Assembly: GCF_000002075.1 (NCBI RefSeq)
Contig: NW_004797684.1
Span: 278,792-342,791, forward strand
Length of the DNA stretch: 64,000 bases
Direction of reading: 5' to 3'
Origin: Aplysia californica
Taxonomy: Eukaryota
Position numbers and translations under genes: made by a program. Positions 39,501 through 53,800 of this stretch are shown here, in pieces (the first letter of the stretch is position 1; every line of letters begins with the position of its first letter). Under the pieces are notes generated by a model. That model was not told the origin of the DNA, did not search any database, and was given only the letters and a program-made list of their open reading frames with translations.

Positions 39501-40199
39501 TTTTCAACAACAGTTGGAATATTAACAAATAGCATCTTCAATAAGATTTCCATCTTTTATTATTCAAAAGTCAGTTTTTTTAGTAGAGGTTTTACGGCAC
39601 TCGCAACTGCATAAGGTCATATGAGCGCCAGAAGATTAGAGGTGTTACAAGAGAGTAACAAACATAAAAAAGAAGAAGGGGAGATAAGGACGATAGATCT
39701 TTGATAGGAAAAAAGAAGCAAACCACACTAGAGCACCCGCCAACCACCCACATTCAAAAGTCAATGCACTTTGCATGATTGATGTGAAATCAATACAATG
39801 ACTCTGTACATCTGTCTGTTTGTTGGAAGTTAATGACATTTCCTGTGTGTCCAAACTGTATAGCTACCCTCTCATATACTTTATGTAATTTTCTATAAAA
39901 ATCTTTAGGGTTGTACCTCTCACTGTGAAATTCTCCAGTCAAACTTTAACTCAGTACTTACCTGTGTCTGTTGCAGCTGACAAAAGTGTCCCCGCGTCAG
40001 TGCTTGGAATGGCTGACCAACAAGGTCTCTCATAACCGCCTGGCCCGTCTGTGGACCCTGGACTGTATGGAAGGATGGCTGGAGCTCTACATGGTGGCCT
40101 ATAACAGCAATTTGGTCCGCATGGGTGGGTGTGGTTCTTTTTTTCCTCTTTGTGTGCATGTGCTTCCGTGTGTGCACGTGTGTTTGCATGTGTGCGTTG

Positions 40200-40231
<32 letters not shown>

Positions 40232-43200
40232 TGTTCATGTTCCTGTAACTTTTTTTTTTTTTTCCGTATTTTTGTGTATTTACATATGTTTGTTGTAAAT
40301 ATGTGGGTTTTATTTTATGTTTGTGGTTTTTATGTGTTTATGTATACATTTTGTTGTGTTTATGTATGTATTTGTACATACAGATTTTGAATTCAGAAGG
40401 GGGAGATTGTCAGGGAAAATTAGTAAGAGCATAATAAGAGTTAACTTCAGCCTGTTATTTTAGGATGGTGAAGGGGGTACTTTTAAGAAAAATTTAATCT
40501 TTACAAATAGAATTTAAGTTTTTTTAAATCTTTGCCTTTTTTCTTTTATAGATTAATAAATCTTACTCCTCCCTTACTTTGTTATGTCCTCAGCAAGTGC
40601 CCAGCTGTTGGTTTCTCTTGTGCCAAACGAAATGTTCCGCTCCAACTATCGCCCTCGTCTCTTCGCTCCCTGCCCCAGCTCTATTGTGGTAAGTTATTGC
40701 AAAGACACTGTCAATTATTCCTGTATCTGTCTGTCTTTCTGCTGATTCAAGCATATGTGTACTTGTATTTACACACGTACATACAATAAATGCATACCCA
40801 AATTTTTTTTGTCTGGTGTTTTTGTTTCATTTGCTTTTTCTAAATCTGTGTCATAGCTGTCTCTATTGTCTATGGTCACATATTGTAGATGATGTTAACA
40901 TTTCACTCCTTGGTCAACACAATTTGAGTCTGTTAGGAGGTAGGCAACTTTGACATGCCTGTCTGTGTGGGATGCACCCCAGCAGGAAGACTGATATTAA
41001 CCCTGGAAGCGCGCAGGCCCCATATAAAGGGCGTGAGCCGAGCTACCCGAGAAGCGCGCAGGCCCTATATATAGGGCCGACCTACTTTGACCGGGAAGCG
41101 CGCAGGCCCTGTATAAGGGCATAGACGTTGACCTTTTTCAATGGAAAATTTTAGTATGCCTTATATGAAAAATAACGTAATAAATTACAGGTCAAAGTTA
41201 TAAATAGTGACCAATGACTTAGCAAGTTATCTTGACCTCCTAGAGCGTCTCTTGGCCAAGATATCGATCGATAAAGTGACTTGGTCCTGCTGAGTGACTG
41301 CATGCTATGTGTTATCACTTGTTCCGCCATGCTAATATACTAATTGTTGAGTTTATCGTGTTTTGTACTTTGTTTGTATTTATTTGATGGCTCATCATTT
41401 CTGAATGGCTCATTCTATCAGCTTCAAGAAAATATATGGTTTTATATGCCTTTTTTCATCTGTTGAGCCGTAAATAGTCATTTTTCAGTAGCAAGTACAC
41501 ATCTCTGATATCTCAGCTGATATTCCCCCGCCAAACCCCCATGTTTACCACTGGTCGGAGGTGGCGGCGGGGCATTTTTGGCGGGTTGCTTCCGGTGAAA
41601 TGCTGAGCGCTTCTAGGGTTAATGAAATAATGTCTTCAAATCATGTGCATTGAAGCTATCTTTTTGTTTGCAAAGCCAAGCACCAGACAGTTACACTGTA
41701 GAAATTGATTCTATATTTGCTTCCGCGCTGGACTTTGTTGGAGTCAGTTATACCACGTCGTTTGTAAGACCGGTGTCATCATTGGCAAAATATGTTCTAG
41801 TTCTCTTGCATCTCTAAGCAATTTGGACTTCGTCATAGTGTGTAAATTGATACCAAAAAACCATGAACATACAAGTACTCACGTTCACACCCCAACCCAC
41901 CACATGCACACATGCACAAGCGCAGATGCTTTCAAAAACTAATATTGTGCTGTTGCACTGTTTATGAGATGACTGTGGCCTTAATTATGTTACATTGATT
42001 AGTTACTGTGTTTGTGCACACCTGTAGTTATATTTGCCACTATAAATCAACTTTCCCCATGTTGATCAATAGAAGTGGAATTCTTTTCTATTTTATTGAC
42101 CAGCTGCCTCTTATCTTGTGTAATTATTTGTTTCTTTTGTCCCTGCAGTGGAGCAAAGAGGATCTGGCTGTCATGCATAGGGTGAGTAGAAAAATGTATT
42201 CCTCTTGTCACCATTTTACATAGCTCTAGCCTCAACACTCTGTCCTTATTGACTTGCAAAACCTTTCGAAGGCCCCCGCATCAATTGAAATAGAGACAAA
42301 CTTCATAGGATAGATGTTGATGATCCTTTTTTCCTATCAAACATCTATCGTCCTTATATGTTCAGATATGAAGTGCTTCTGTTTAGCAACATGTTTACAT
42401 CATTCCATAATAGCGTAAAGCAATTTCTAGAGGTTTCCAGACAGCCGTTATTCAAATAAAGATGTCCATGGGCACCTCACATTTTAGTTTCGTTCTGTTT
42501 CGGTATTTCCCTCCTAGTCTTTCATTTAAAAATAGCAAGTGCTCAAGTCATGGTTTTAGTTCTTTTTCATTTATTTTTATCGAAGCATAAAAAGAATTAC
42601 TAGCGTGTTTGTGGAATGATGAGGACAGAAAACTTCATGCTTTGGAATGGTAACCGTAGGGTCTCTCAGACTCTCTCTGAAACTGTCTCCTCATTATCTT
42701 GCATAAATATAGTTTTCTTGTCAAGGCTGGGAGTTTGGAAGCTGTCTGAGAAAAATGTGGTGTTTTGTCAGTGGATGGTTACTGGTTGTTTTAGTGTAAA
42801 GGAGTCGTTATTTTTGCACTTTCTTTTTTTTTTTAACTTCTTGTTTTCTTCACTGAATTCTTTTTATTGTGTCAGTCTACCACTGGTCAACGGATGCAGT
42901 TGCTGGGGATTGTTCCCCAGATTGTTGGAAATGTATGTGTTTATCAGTTGCAGACACAAGTCTGTAGTAAATAATCACACAGGGATTCATAGCTTCTGTT
43001 TGTTTGACTTTCACAGATTTATCAGCACCTGCTACTGCTGCTGAAGAGGGCACATGTGTACATAGGTGAGTCGTGTGGAATTCTAGTCCAGTCTAAATGT
43101 TCCAAGCTTCTCAGCCTGATGTAGGGGGTAAAAAAATAGGTTTATGTTCAACTCGTTTAGTGGGTTTTTTTTCCATTAAACATCACTTCAAAGGCAAAGC

Positions 43201-44810
43201 CAGAAGGAATAGGGAAATATTTCTCAATTAAATGTGGTGGTTGGGCTAGTAGTGTGGCGGTTGGGCTACCAGACTAGTAATTGTGAGTTTGTGGATTCGG
43301 GGCTTGGAGGCTCAGCTTGGCCCAATGTTGTGTCTTTGTGAAAGGCACTTGAGGTAGATTTTCTTCACTTCACCCAGATGTGAATGGGTACCCAGGGAAA
43401 AATCTTGTCAGTATGTTAATATTTCAGCTCCTGTAAAATAGCAGCTGGCACTGTACACTTTTCAGGAAGTTGAGATTGTTTCAGAATGCTATCAGGGCTG
43501 CTAGGGTAATAACATGAATTGCTAAGTTCATAGAGCTTGATGTTGAATAGGAATTTGCGCTATTCAAATGCTTTTTTTTGGTTGTTATTATTATTATAGT
43601 GTGTGAGTACGTTGGCTTTATATTGTTTTTGTCATAGAACGTCACAAGGTGTTTACTGTTCTTGCACTAACTTTCATGATTTTTATTGACTGCAAAGTTC
43701 AGTTGTAATCACAATGTTTTTGTTAATGACTGTTTTAAGTTTCAAATTTCCTTAGATGCTCTCCAGAGTGTAATGTAATAGTCTTACACTGACAGATTGA
43801 GATGACCTTTTCTGCTTGCATAACGATCTGCCTTTGGCAACCTTTTTTGAGTTTCAGTAAAGAGAAGCACATCAACTAAACAACATAATTTGTGCAGGGA
43901 AAAAGTAAGACAATCAAACAGAAATAACAGGGGGAAAGAAAAGAAGTAGGACCTACTTGGGGCACCTTCCAAATATTCTTTTTAGCAACTTTCTCATAAG
44001 TGTTTTTTGTTTAAGGTAATAGAAATGACTTTGCGTCGTCTCACTCTTTTTCGTTGTTTCCTCAGCACCATATGATGGCAATCAGTCAAACATGGTGGGT
44101 CCATCCCACGCCAAGCTCATGTCTTTGTTCTCTGTACTCACCTACTGCCTGTACTCGCGCAGAGAGAAGCTCATGGTAAGTTCTAGCACAGATTGTACGC
44201 AAGATACGTCGTCCCTTTTTATAAAATTTATCCTACGATATTTTTGAGCAATAGTATGTATATTGCCAGGGAAGATGATATGGACATTCTGTTTCTTTTA
44301 CCTTACATGGTATGTTTTTCGACAACCTTTGCTCCTCCTCTTTGTTTAGAAGATGGCCACTTCCTTGGGTCAATACTATCTTGGTGTAACTGTTTCCACC
44401 TTGGTGTTCTTGATGATACTTATGTCTCAGAAGTGAATAGTTGAAGTAGTAGATGCTGCTCCGAAACAGGGGAAAATTTGACTTTTGCTGTACTGGTCCA
44501 ACATTTAATGTCCTGTAATGAAGCGATGTGATGCATAAGGTAAATGTGTCCAAGGAAATGCCTAATGCAGAACTTGTGATGTGAATTTCGGAGAAAACAA
44601 GGAAATGATTGTGCTCTCGATTGCCACATCTTTTATCGCCTCAGCCATTGCCATTTGTCTTTCGTCTTTCACCTTGAAACTGATCTTTACTTCCCCTTTT
44701 TCTTGGCTGCAATCTTCAGTTGTTTGTTCATAGCTTCTTAAATTGAACTCTGTTGATAGCAGGTGATTGGAGAATGCCACTGGTAAATCCTTTTTTTTTT
44801 CTCGCCATCA

Positions 44811-44875
<65 letters not shown>

Positions 44876-47800
44876 TTCCTCCAACACTAAATGACTGCAA
44901 TCAGATTGATTTGTGTCTTTTTGCTCTAATAAACAAATTTGAATGTGTGATACATACATGTATTTAGAATATATATATATCTTTATCATAATTCAATTGT
45001 AAAGCACATGGAGCTTGCTGTAGAGGGGGGAATATGCACCTTGCAAATGCTATCTGTTATAATTATCTTTATTATTTCTGAGTGTTTTGTGTAATGTGTT
45101 TGCAGTTCACACCTTTCTTCCTGGACCTATGGCAGCTGTTTCACCCCTTCATGTTGGAGCCACAGATTCCACTCAACCATAACAAGCAGGTGAGTCCTGA
45201 ACTGTTTACGCTGGCTGCTTGCTGTATGCCAAAGTATAATTACTACGCACTCTGGAAAGGTGGGAAGGGAGTTTTGTAGATGCTTTACAGTAAATAATTA
45301 TCAGTCCGACTCTCAGTTAAGAATATAATTGTTTGTACAATGTATTGCAAGAACAACTTTCTGTAAGAAAACAATGGACTTTCCTCTTTCTGTAATAAGA
45401 GCTTAGAAGACTCGGAAGTTGAGTTTAACTGTGGTGTTCTCTTTATCATGGCTGTTTCACGTGTATCATGTGTCTATTTAACATCAATTTCCAGTTAATT
45501 TCATGTCTATTTCACATTGATTTGGTGTCTTATTTTTATGACTTCTTCTCGTCTATTTCGTGTCTTATTTCGTGTCTTATTTAATATGTGATGTTCCAGG
45601 CTCTGCTTCTGTTCTGGTTCAACGTGTGCCAAGACTGCCCGGAGAACCTCCAGCAAATGGTGTCCAACCAGCATGTCTGCAAGAACATCGCCTTCAATTA
45701 CATCTTGTGAGTGATCTGAGTCATTGTGTAAAGTGGTTCTGTCATTGTAACTTTCGTTTTCTTCAACCTGTTTCTCTTCTTTTCAACTTTTTCATTTTTA
45801 AGAATCTCTCTGTCCCACTATTTCGTTCCCCTCTTTTTATGTTTAAGGTTCGCCATCATGTTCTCTTCCATGCTCCTTTATCTCTCCTTTCTCCCCCCTC
45901 CCCTCTTTTGGCTCTTTTAGTTAGAAAAAGCAGTTTGTGAATTTGTTTCTTGTAAGTCTCTCCTCCATCCTGCCCACTTCCCTAATTAACTGGAAGGAAA
46001 AAATTGAATGCATTAGTAGCTAAAATAAATTATGTTTCAGGTCTACTATCCTGTTCTCTTCTGTGCTCCTTTACGGAGTCTTTTGACTCTTGCTGGTTGA
46101 AAAAAGCAGTTTGTGAATTTTTTGTTGTTGTAATTCTCTCCCTCACCCTGCCCGTTCCCTGTATAATAGGAAAAAATGTAATTAGTATAATGTAGTCTTA
46201 GCTAAAGTAAATGTGTTTGAAAAATGAAAAAAAAAATTTCTTTTTAACAGTAGGATTCAACTCCTTGGGTAGACCTTATGTCCCCTCCACAGGATATCTC
46301 ACCTTTATTCCTTTTATGCTATCATAGACTTTATTTGCTTGTATTGATATTTTTTGCTGCTAGTACCGGGTCAGTGCTACTGACTGAAGTGTCTTTAGGC
46401 CATTCCCAGAGGGGGGACATATCTCGTTCAAGCATAGTAGAATTGTAAATGGGCTGACTCATGTCACGCTCATAACTGTGCCTGATCTACAACAGAGAAC
46501 TGCTGCTTTTTCTTTCCTGATCCTTACTATTGTCATTTTCCTCTACTTCTTTTGTATGTTTGTCACTCCCTTGTGACCTGCTATTTTGGGGTGCCTTGAT
46601 AGTCAAAGCAGACCTTATGCTGTTGAAGCTAGAGAGGTGAGTAGTCTAAGTCTGATTCTCTGTTGACACCCACCCCTTGGCGCTCATATGACCTTATGCA
46701 GTTGCGAGCTCCGTAAAACCCTCTACTAAATAAAAAATAAAAACATCCTGTTCTCTTCTGTGCTCCTTTATTTTTCCCCCTTTCTCTTGACTCTCTAATT
46801 GAAAAAAGCAGTTTGTGAATTTGTTTGTTTGTTGTAATTCTCTCCCTCACCCTGCCCGTTCCCTATATAATAGGAAAAAATGTAATTAGTATAATGCAGT
46901 CTTAGCTAACGTAAATGTGTTTGAAAAGTGAAAAAAAATAATTCTTTTTAACAGTAGGATTCAACTCCTTGGGTAGGCCTTATGTCCCCTCCACAGGATA
47001 TCTCACCTTTATTCCTTTTATGCTATCATAGACTTCATTTGCTTGTATTGATATTTTTTGCTGCTAGTACCGATATTATTCGCTGACAATGATGATTTAT
47101 CTGCTGTGTCTTTAGAGCGGATCATGAGGATGAGCAAAATATCCACTTCAACCGGGGCCTCCTGCCCGCGTACTACGGCCTGCTCCGGATGGCCTGTGAA
47201 TATTCCACGGCCTTCATGCGCCAGCTGGCTGGTCACCAGAACCTACAATGGGCTTTCAAGAACGTCTTACCGTACCCGCATCAGTATTTGGAGGTAAGGA
47301 CTCTTGCGAAGGAGTTTTCTTACTCTTTTCCCTGCATGTTAAATTTTCTGGCCGACCATAATGAGTGATAAATTTTCTAGTCTGTTACCATGAAATGCTT
47401 GCTCTATTTGTTGGTTAAAAAAAAAGATTCAGTCTTCAAAAAGTTTTTATTGTTGATTTCATTTTGTTTGTTTGTTGTTGTTTTTTGCTATGTTTTGATT
47501 TTCAATGTCATATTAGATTGGGCATGTGTACGACAAAACTGAGGCTTCATTGCAGGTTGTTGGAGGGTGCTGCTGGTTGTGCCTACTATTTTACTATCCT
47601 TTTGTTGTGTCTGTCCATCTTTCATGCTTTTTTCCAGCTCAAATGACCTTTGTTGTGTCCATGTGCTTTTCTTTACAAAGAAGAAAAAATGACTGGTGTC
47701 TGTAAATATTTTTTACTGTTGTTATTTTTCCAGTAGTTGCTGAGCTCATGCCCTTCTGCTTAAAGCAGTCCACCTCGTAAATGATTTTAATTATGTCAAG

Positions 47801-50800
47801 GGAGTTGTAAAAGAGGAGAATGTTTGCGAGTGTTCTAGGGTCTGATGGGGGTAATAATTGTTGTAAAGCACATAGAGCTTGCTGTTGAGCAGGGGAATAT
47901 GCACTATATAAATGTAAGTATTGTAATCATTATTCTTATTATTACAAGACTAATACTTATAATATTTCCTCTGTTCCCCCAGGCGACAGAGGAGTTGATG
48001 TGCATGATGAAGATGATGGCGGATCGCAAGCCAGAGCACTGTGCCGAGGAGGCCGCAGCAGTTGAGAACTTCCGCAAGACAATTCTGACGGTGTGCACCA
48101 CGGGGCTAGACCCAAGGGTCATGTGGCAGACTCTGTGCTCGTGAGTAGTCAGTTATGTCGTATGCGTGTGTATGTGTGTGATTTCTTCATTCACACAAAC
48201 AAATATTTTATTTCTTCACAGCTATTGCTTTTTTCTCTTGGTTTTATGTAAAGCGTCTAGAGTTGTGTGTACATGGGAGTAGGGGCTATGAAAATTATCG
48301 CTTTTAAGGACAAGCGGGCTAACCCAGATTTCGGGGGTTTCCAGAAATCTTGACCTACACCAAAAGTGGGCACTGCCCTACCTATAGGAGAAGTTTGGTT
48401 TCATTGGTATGTATTTGTTTGGTTATAGAGAAAGCTCTCCTCGTCTTTTAAAGAGACTGAATAAGGATCCAAAAACTTAAACTTCGAATTTCTCAAAACA
48501 GCATTTATCGGGATAGCCCCCTTGTGCTTAAAACCGACCAAATGATCTTCAATATTATATTTCAGAGACGGGTTGGGGAGTTTTCAAGGTTCTTTGATAC
48601 TTTCTCTGGCCTTTGGCAGATGACATATGCTATGACTTAGATGCTTCTTTGTATAATCAAGACCAATCATATATTGCACCTTTGTGTGTTTTCTTTCGGC
48701 ATCTACAAAGTGTTGGGGATTATTTGCTGATAAGTGTCCTGTATTAGTCTTGAAGAGATTCCCAAAGGATTTTTTTTTTACTGACAGATTTTAAGGCTCT
48801 TTAACACCAGCTCAGTCTAATGGAAGTTGTACTTAAAGTGAGGTGTTTCCTTAGTAGATAATCAACCTGTGTTTAAATGAGTGTAGAACTGTATCAATGT
48901 CAAATATTTACAATATTGTGTATTTTGTTTCAGCATTTACAAAGTTCTGGTGGAGACTCCAGAGGATCACCTGAGTCTGCTCTACCAAAACGGACTGTCT
49001 GTGTTGAGTCAGGTGAGTCTTTGCTTCAACGGACTCAGTTGTTTTTAGTTTTGTCCTTGCTGTTGCTGTTGTGTGTGTGTGATAGCATATCCTTCCGCAT
49101 TGTTTGGAGTCCTGAAGAGCATGTTCTTCACCAGAGCCACTGCCTTTCTTGTTGCTGTTGTTGTTGTGGATACCTGTTTTCTTTCCCATTGTTGCTTCCA
49201 TCTGTTTGTCTGTCTTTACTCTATCTCTTCACTAGATATTAACTATTGTTTGTGGGTGGTTGGCGGGTGCTCTGGTGTGGTTTGCTCCTTCTTTCCTATC
49301 AAACATCTATCGTCCTTATCTCCCCTCCTTCTTTTTTATGTTTGTTACTCTCTTGTAACACCTCTAATCTTCTGGCGCTCATATGACCTTATGCAGTTGC
49401 GAGCGCCGTAAAACCCCTACTAAAACAAACTCTTCCCTCAATAATGATAACTTCTGTTCTGTTGATTTGCTTCTATTTACGCAAACAAACCTGTTGTTGG
49501 TTGTTGTTGTAGTATCTGGTGGAAAGAGGTCACCACCTGTAGGTTTTACCTCTTTTTCTTTCCCTCTGTTGTTCCTTTGTCTTGCTTTTACCCAGCTTGG
49601 AACAGTTGTAATGGTCTCTTTACACAAATCTCAAAGAAAGTTAATGGTATAACATTTTGAATTTTGTCTCTCCTCCTCATATCCCTCATCCCCTGGTGGC
49701 AGTCATTTTTCATCATCTACACCATGTTCCATGAGGCGACGGCGTGTCACATGACTGGAGACCTCATCGATGTGCTTCAACTCATACATGCGCTGCTCAT
49801 GGCAGCAAACCACGCGGAGAGGAAAGGTGAGTAATAGTGTTTTTAAGGGTGTAGAGAACCATTTGGAGCAAGCCGTCGGTAAATGCAATTATAAATAAAT
49901 TGCTCAAACATGCTTTATGAAAAAATGTTTTATAGAGACTTAGAATTTTGCATTTTTAATTTTAATACTTTTTTGTACAAGTATGCCTATTGTTTTATTT
50001 CTAATCTTTTTAGACTGGAAGAAATGTTAGTTATTTTGGCAATATTGTTGGTCTCTCTGATGAATTTATTTTTCCTGGACAGAGATGAAATAATGTCCTT
50101 GATAGTCATGCTGGTATAACCGAGATTTTTCGGGAACAAGGCTGAGTGAGTTAAAAGAGGCATATTTATTTGAACAAATCATGTTACTTTTTTCTTCTTT
50201 TTTTTTTAAATTTTACCTTCATGGCTTTTTCCTAAATTGTAGTTGAACTAGATGATCCTCTGGGTTCACCAAAATGAGAACAGTGCTAGATATTTTTTTA
50301 AAAGATATGCAATTGTTATTCTCTTCCTGCCGTCCACAGCAGAGCTGCGAAGTGTCATCAATCAGTGGAAGGAGCGCAATGAACTAGCGAAGAAACTTCT
50401 GACTTTGCTCAACTCTTTTGTGCCTGTGAACCTGAGAGCCAGTGCTTTAGGTATGTAAGGGCTGTGAGGTTACGATTGATCGATCGTTCATGGTCTTTTT
50501 TAACCTGGTTTTGTTACTCAAGGGGTGCATTTCACTTTATTATGTCCAAATATCCGTCCTCATTGGGTGACCACAGCCTTCTAGGAAGCCAGTATGGATT
50601 CGATGCATTCCGCTTTTCTTGTTTCCTATTACAAAAGATGAAANNNNNNNNNNNNNNNNNNNNNNNNNNNNNNNNNNNNNNNNNNNNNNNNNNNNNNNNN
50701 NNNNNNNNNNNNNNNNNNNNNNNNNNNNNNNNNNNNNNNNNNNNNNNNNNNNNNNNNNNNNNNNNNNNNNNNNNNNNNNNNNNNNNNNNNNNNNNNNNNN

Positions 50801-53800
50801 NNNNNNNNNNNNNNNNNNNNNNNNNNNNNNNNNNNNNNNNNNNNNNNNNNNNNNNNNNNNNNNNNNNNNNNNNNNNNNNNNNNNNNNNNNNNNNNNNNNN
50901 NNNNNNNNNNNNNNNCAGGAGATGTTAATTTTTCTGTTTTCAGATGTCCTGCACAAGATGGTGCTGGTGATCCAGAAAGACATCACCCAGTTCCTGACCA
51001 GCACTTTGCTGCACGCCCACTCCGCCTTCCAGAACTCCAACCCTCCGAGTGAGACTCCTTTCTCGTACACAGTTCTGTCTGAGAAAAAAATAGATAAACG
51101 AATTTCACTTTTACTTACCCCATTTTGGAACTTTGACTAATCCCATTGAGGTACCTTTTGTGGTGTCTGTGGCATATCCTTGGCTTTTTATGTTTTCTCA
51201 GTTCACTCCTTGAATTTTTTTTACTTCATTTATTCAAAGCCCTATATGTGTGGTAAATTCTTCCTACTATTATGATAGATACTATGAGAAGTTCAAATGA
51301 ATTTATTACACAAGAAAGGGGGATTTAATATGTAGAGGTGGTTGGAAGGCACCACTGTTGGGTCTTGGTTTTTTTTTTCATTCTGTTGTCTCTGTCTATC
51401 TGTCTTGCTTTTTCCCTGTACTATATGACCGTTATTGTGTAGATATGCATCTCTTTACTCATACTCGAATTGTGTTTTGTTACTATAAAAATCTGAGGTC
51501 GCTTTTTCTATAGATTGATGGCATGAAACATTTTCCTTCCTATATCCTCAGTGAGTGTGGGTCCTTTCTACCCGACCCGTTCCTACCAGGGCTCTGCCAT
51601 CAAAGCCAACGTGCGACCTTCACGGCCACAGTTCCAAATGTATCTTCATGCAGGTCAGCTGGAAGTGACCAAGGTATGGCTAGGACGTTTATTTGTGGGC
51701 TGCCTTTTTTGAGTGATTTGTCGTATATTTGCTCTCTTTACAAGGACAAACTTCGGCATGNNNNNNNNNNNNNNNNNNNNNNNNNNNNNNNNNNNNNNNN
51801 NNNNNNNNNNNNNNNNNNNNNNNNNNNNNNNNNNNNNNNNNNNNNNNNNNNNNNNNNNNNNNNNNNNNNNNNNNNNNNNNNNNNNNNNNNNNNNNNNNNN
51901 NNNNNNNNNNNNNNNNNNNNNNNNNNNNNNNNNNNNNNNNNNNNNNNNNNNNNCTGACAATGTGCAATGTTTTCAACTTTATTCTTGTATAAAATATTTA
52001 TTAAGCATAAACTTATCTTGTAACATGTTCCAGGGCACGGATGAGGAGTATGACAAGGCTTTGGTCAACTACTACGAGCCATACCATCGCCTCATTGACC
52101 GCATGAGCCGCATGGCCATCAACCTTAAGATGCTCAACAGCGACCTCATCAACCTCTGTGAGTCATGCTAACACCAAAGGCCATGTGCAAAATAAAATCT
52201 GCCTTTGAGATAAAGTTCTTTTCGAACTTTACAGGTTTTTCTCCCCTCCTGCCAGAAACTTAACTTCATGTGAACTGTCTCTTTGTCCATACTTTAACTT
52301 CTCAACTGCCATGTAGATGAAGCTCCTAGGCCTCTATAATCTCCCACCCAGTGCTTTATGGATGTATCGCTAGCGTTGGTGAAAAGCTGAGTTTCATTAA
52401 ATTGATATTTCAGTTATTGCTTACTTTTGCATAAAGGGCGTGACATCTTTTGTAAGCCTATTGTCTGCCAAGAGATCATATCTATACATAGACTATTTGA
52501 CAGGAAATCAGGCTTTATAAGGTGTGGCAGTCACAATCAATGTGTTTAAACGGAAGGCTTGTTTGGCCTGAGTACTTTTGACTCGTTCACGTCATGGCTT
52601 GTTTAACACTGGTCTTATCAGTGGAAGAAGCCATCTCTTCATTTCTCTTTCTATTGATACATACAATTGGGCTCGGATAACTAAAATACATCAGGGATTG
52701 ACAAATGTGTTTGACACATCATAAGTTGATTGAACCAATATAACAATATATTTTTTAAATATCGGTCAGGCCATGGCAAATTGTACGAGCTATCCATGAG
52801 TTTTTTGTGTTCGTGTTATCTCTCATTCTCTCTCATCTTTCTTTCTTCTCTCATTTTCTCTCTCATTCTCTTTCTCTCTCTTATTCTCTTTCCATCTCTT
52901 TCTTTTTTCCCCAGCAATCTCCCTCTCTATTTCTAATTTTGAAATAATTGAATGTCATTCCTTATTATTTAGTATTTAATTCTAATTGTGAAATAATTAA
53001 ATATCACCGCCCAAATGTCCCCTGGATATTTCCTAGCCTTGATGTATCTTGATGTGCTTTCTTCCTGTAGATGCCATGGTAGCCTATGAAGGAGTACCCC
53101 TCCATCTGCCATACTTTGCCAAGCTGTGGAACGAAATCATGGACACCTCACAGGTAACAACTTCATCATCATCATCATCATCATTGCCTTTCTCACCCTG
53201 GATCACAGGGTATAGACCACAAACAAACACTTTCCACCTTTCCCTATAATGGGCCAGCCTCTTGATGTTATTCCATGTCTTCCCGCTTTTCTGTACATCA
53301 ATTTCTGTGACTCTTCTCCAGATTCCATGTGGTCTTCCCCTTGATTTTTTACACTGTGTATTCCAATGTAACAACTTCAGTTCCCTATTTTTGTCAGCTT
53401 GAGGGTGAAACTCAAGATACATGCGAACCTGCGCTTATGGCTACACGTCCAAGACAATCACCTGTACAAATGATAGGTTTAACGTCATGAAACATAAATT
53501 GATTATTTGGTTGAGGGGTTGAAGTCTAGAAGAAGAGAGAAAGAAAACCACTGAGAGGAAACACCTCCACATATGTGTAGCACATTCTCATCCTCAGCTA
53601 TGGGTGGTGGGTACTCTTGTGTGGTTTGCTCTTTCTTTCCTATCAAAGACCTGTCATCCTTTTCTCTGTTCCTTTTTATTTCTTTGCATGTTACTTTCTA
53701 GTAACCACTCTCATTATTGGTTGGCATTGGCTCTCATTTGACCCATTTATGTTGCAAGTGCTTTTAAAACTCGTACTAAATCTATACTCAGCTTTGATGT

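Noticed and set aside
44230-44760. Possible old minus-strand LINE fragment
   Set aside because: Only vague motif resemblance with many stops; not supportable without a search.
49372-49412. Shared tail hairpin as a SECIS element
   Set aside because: It is intronic and multi-copy, lacks the SECIS GA quartet geometry, and the CDS has no in-frame TGA.
16642-51953. Missing USP34 exons hidden in the N-gaps
   Set aside because: Exons flanking each gap join in phase and stay colinear with the recalled human protein.
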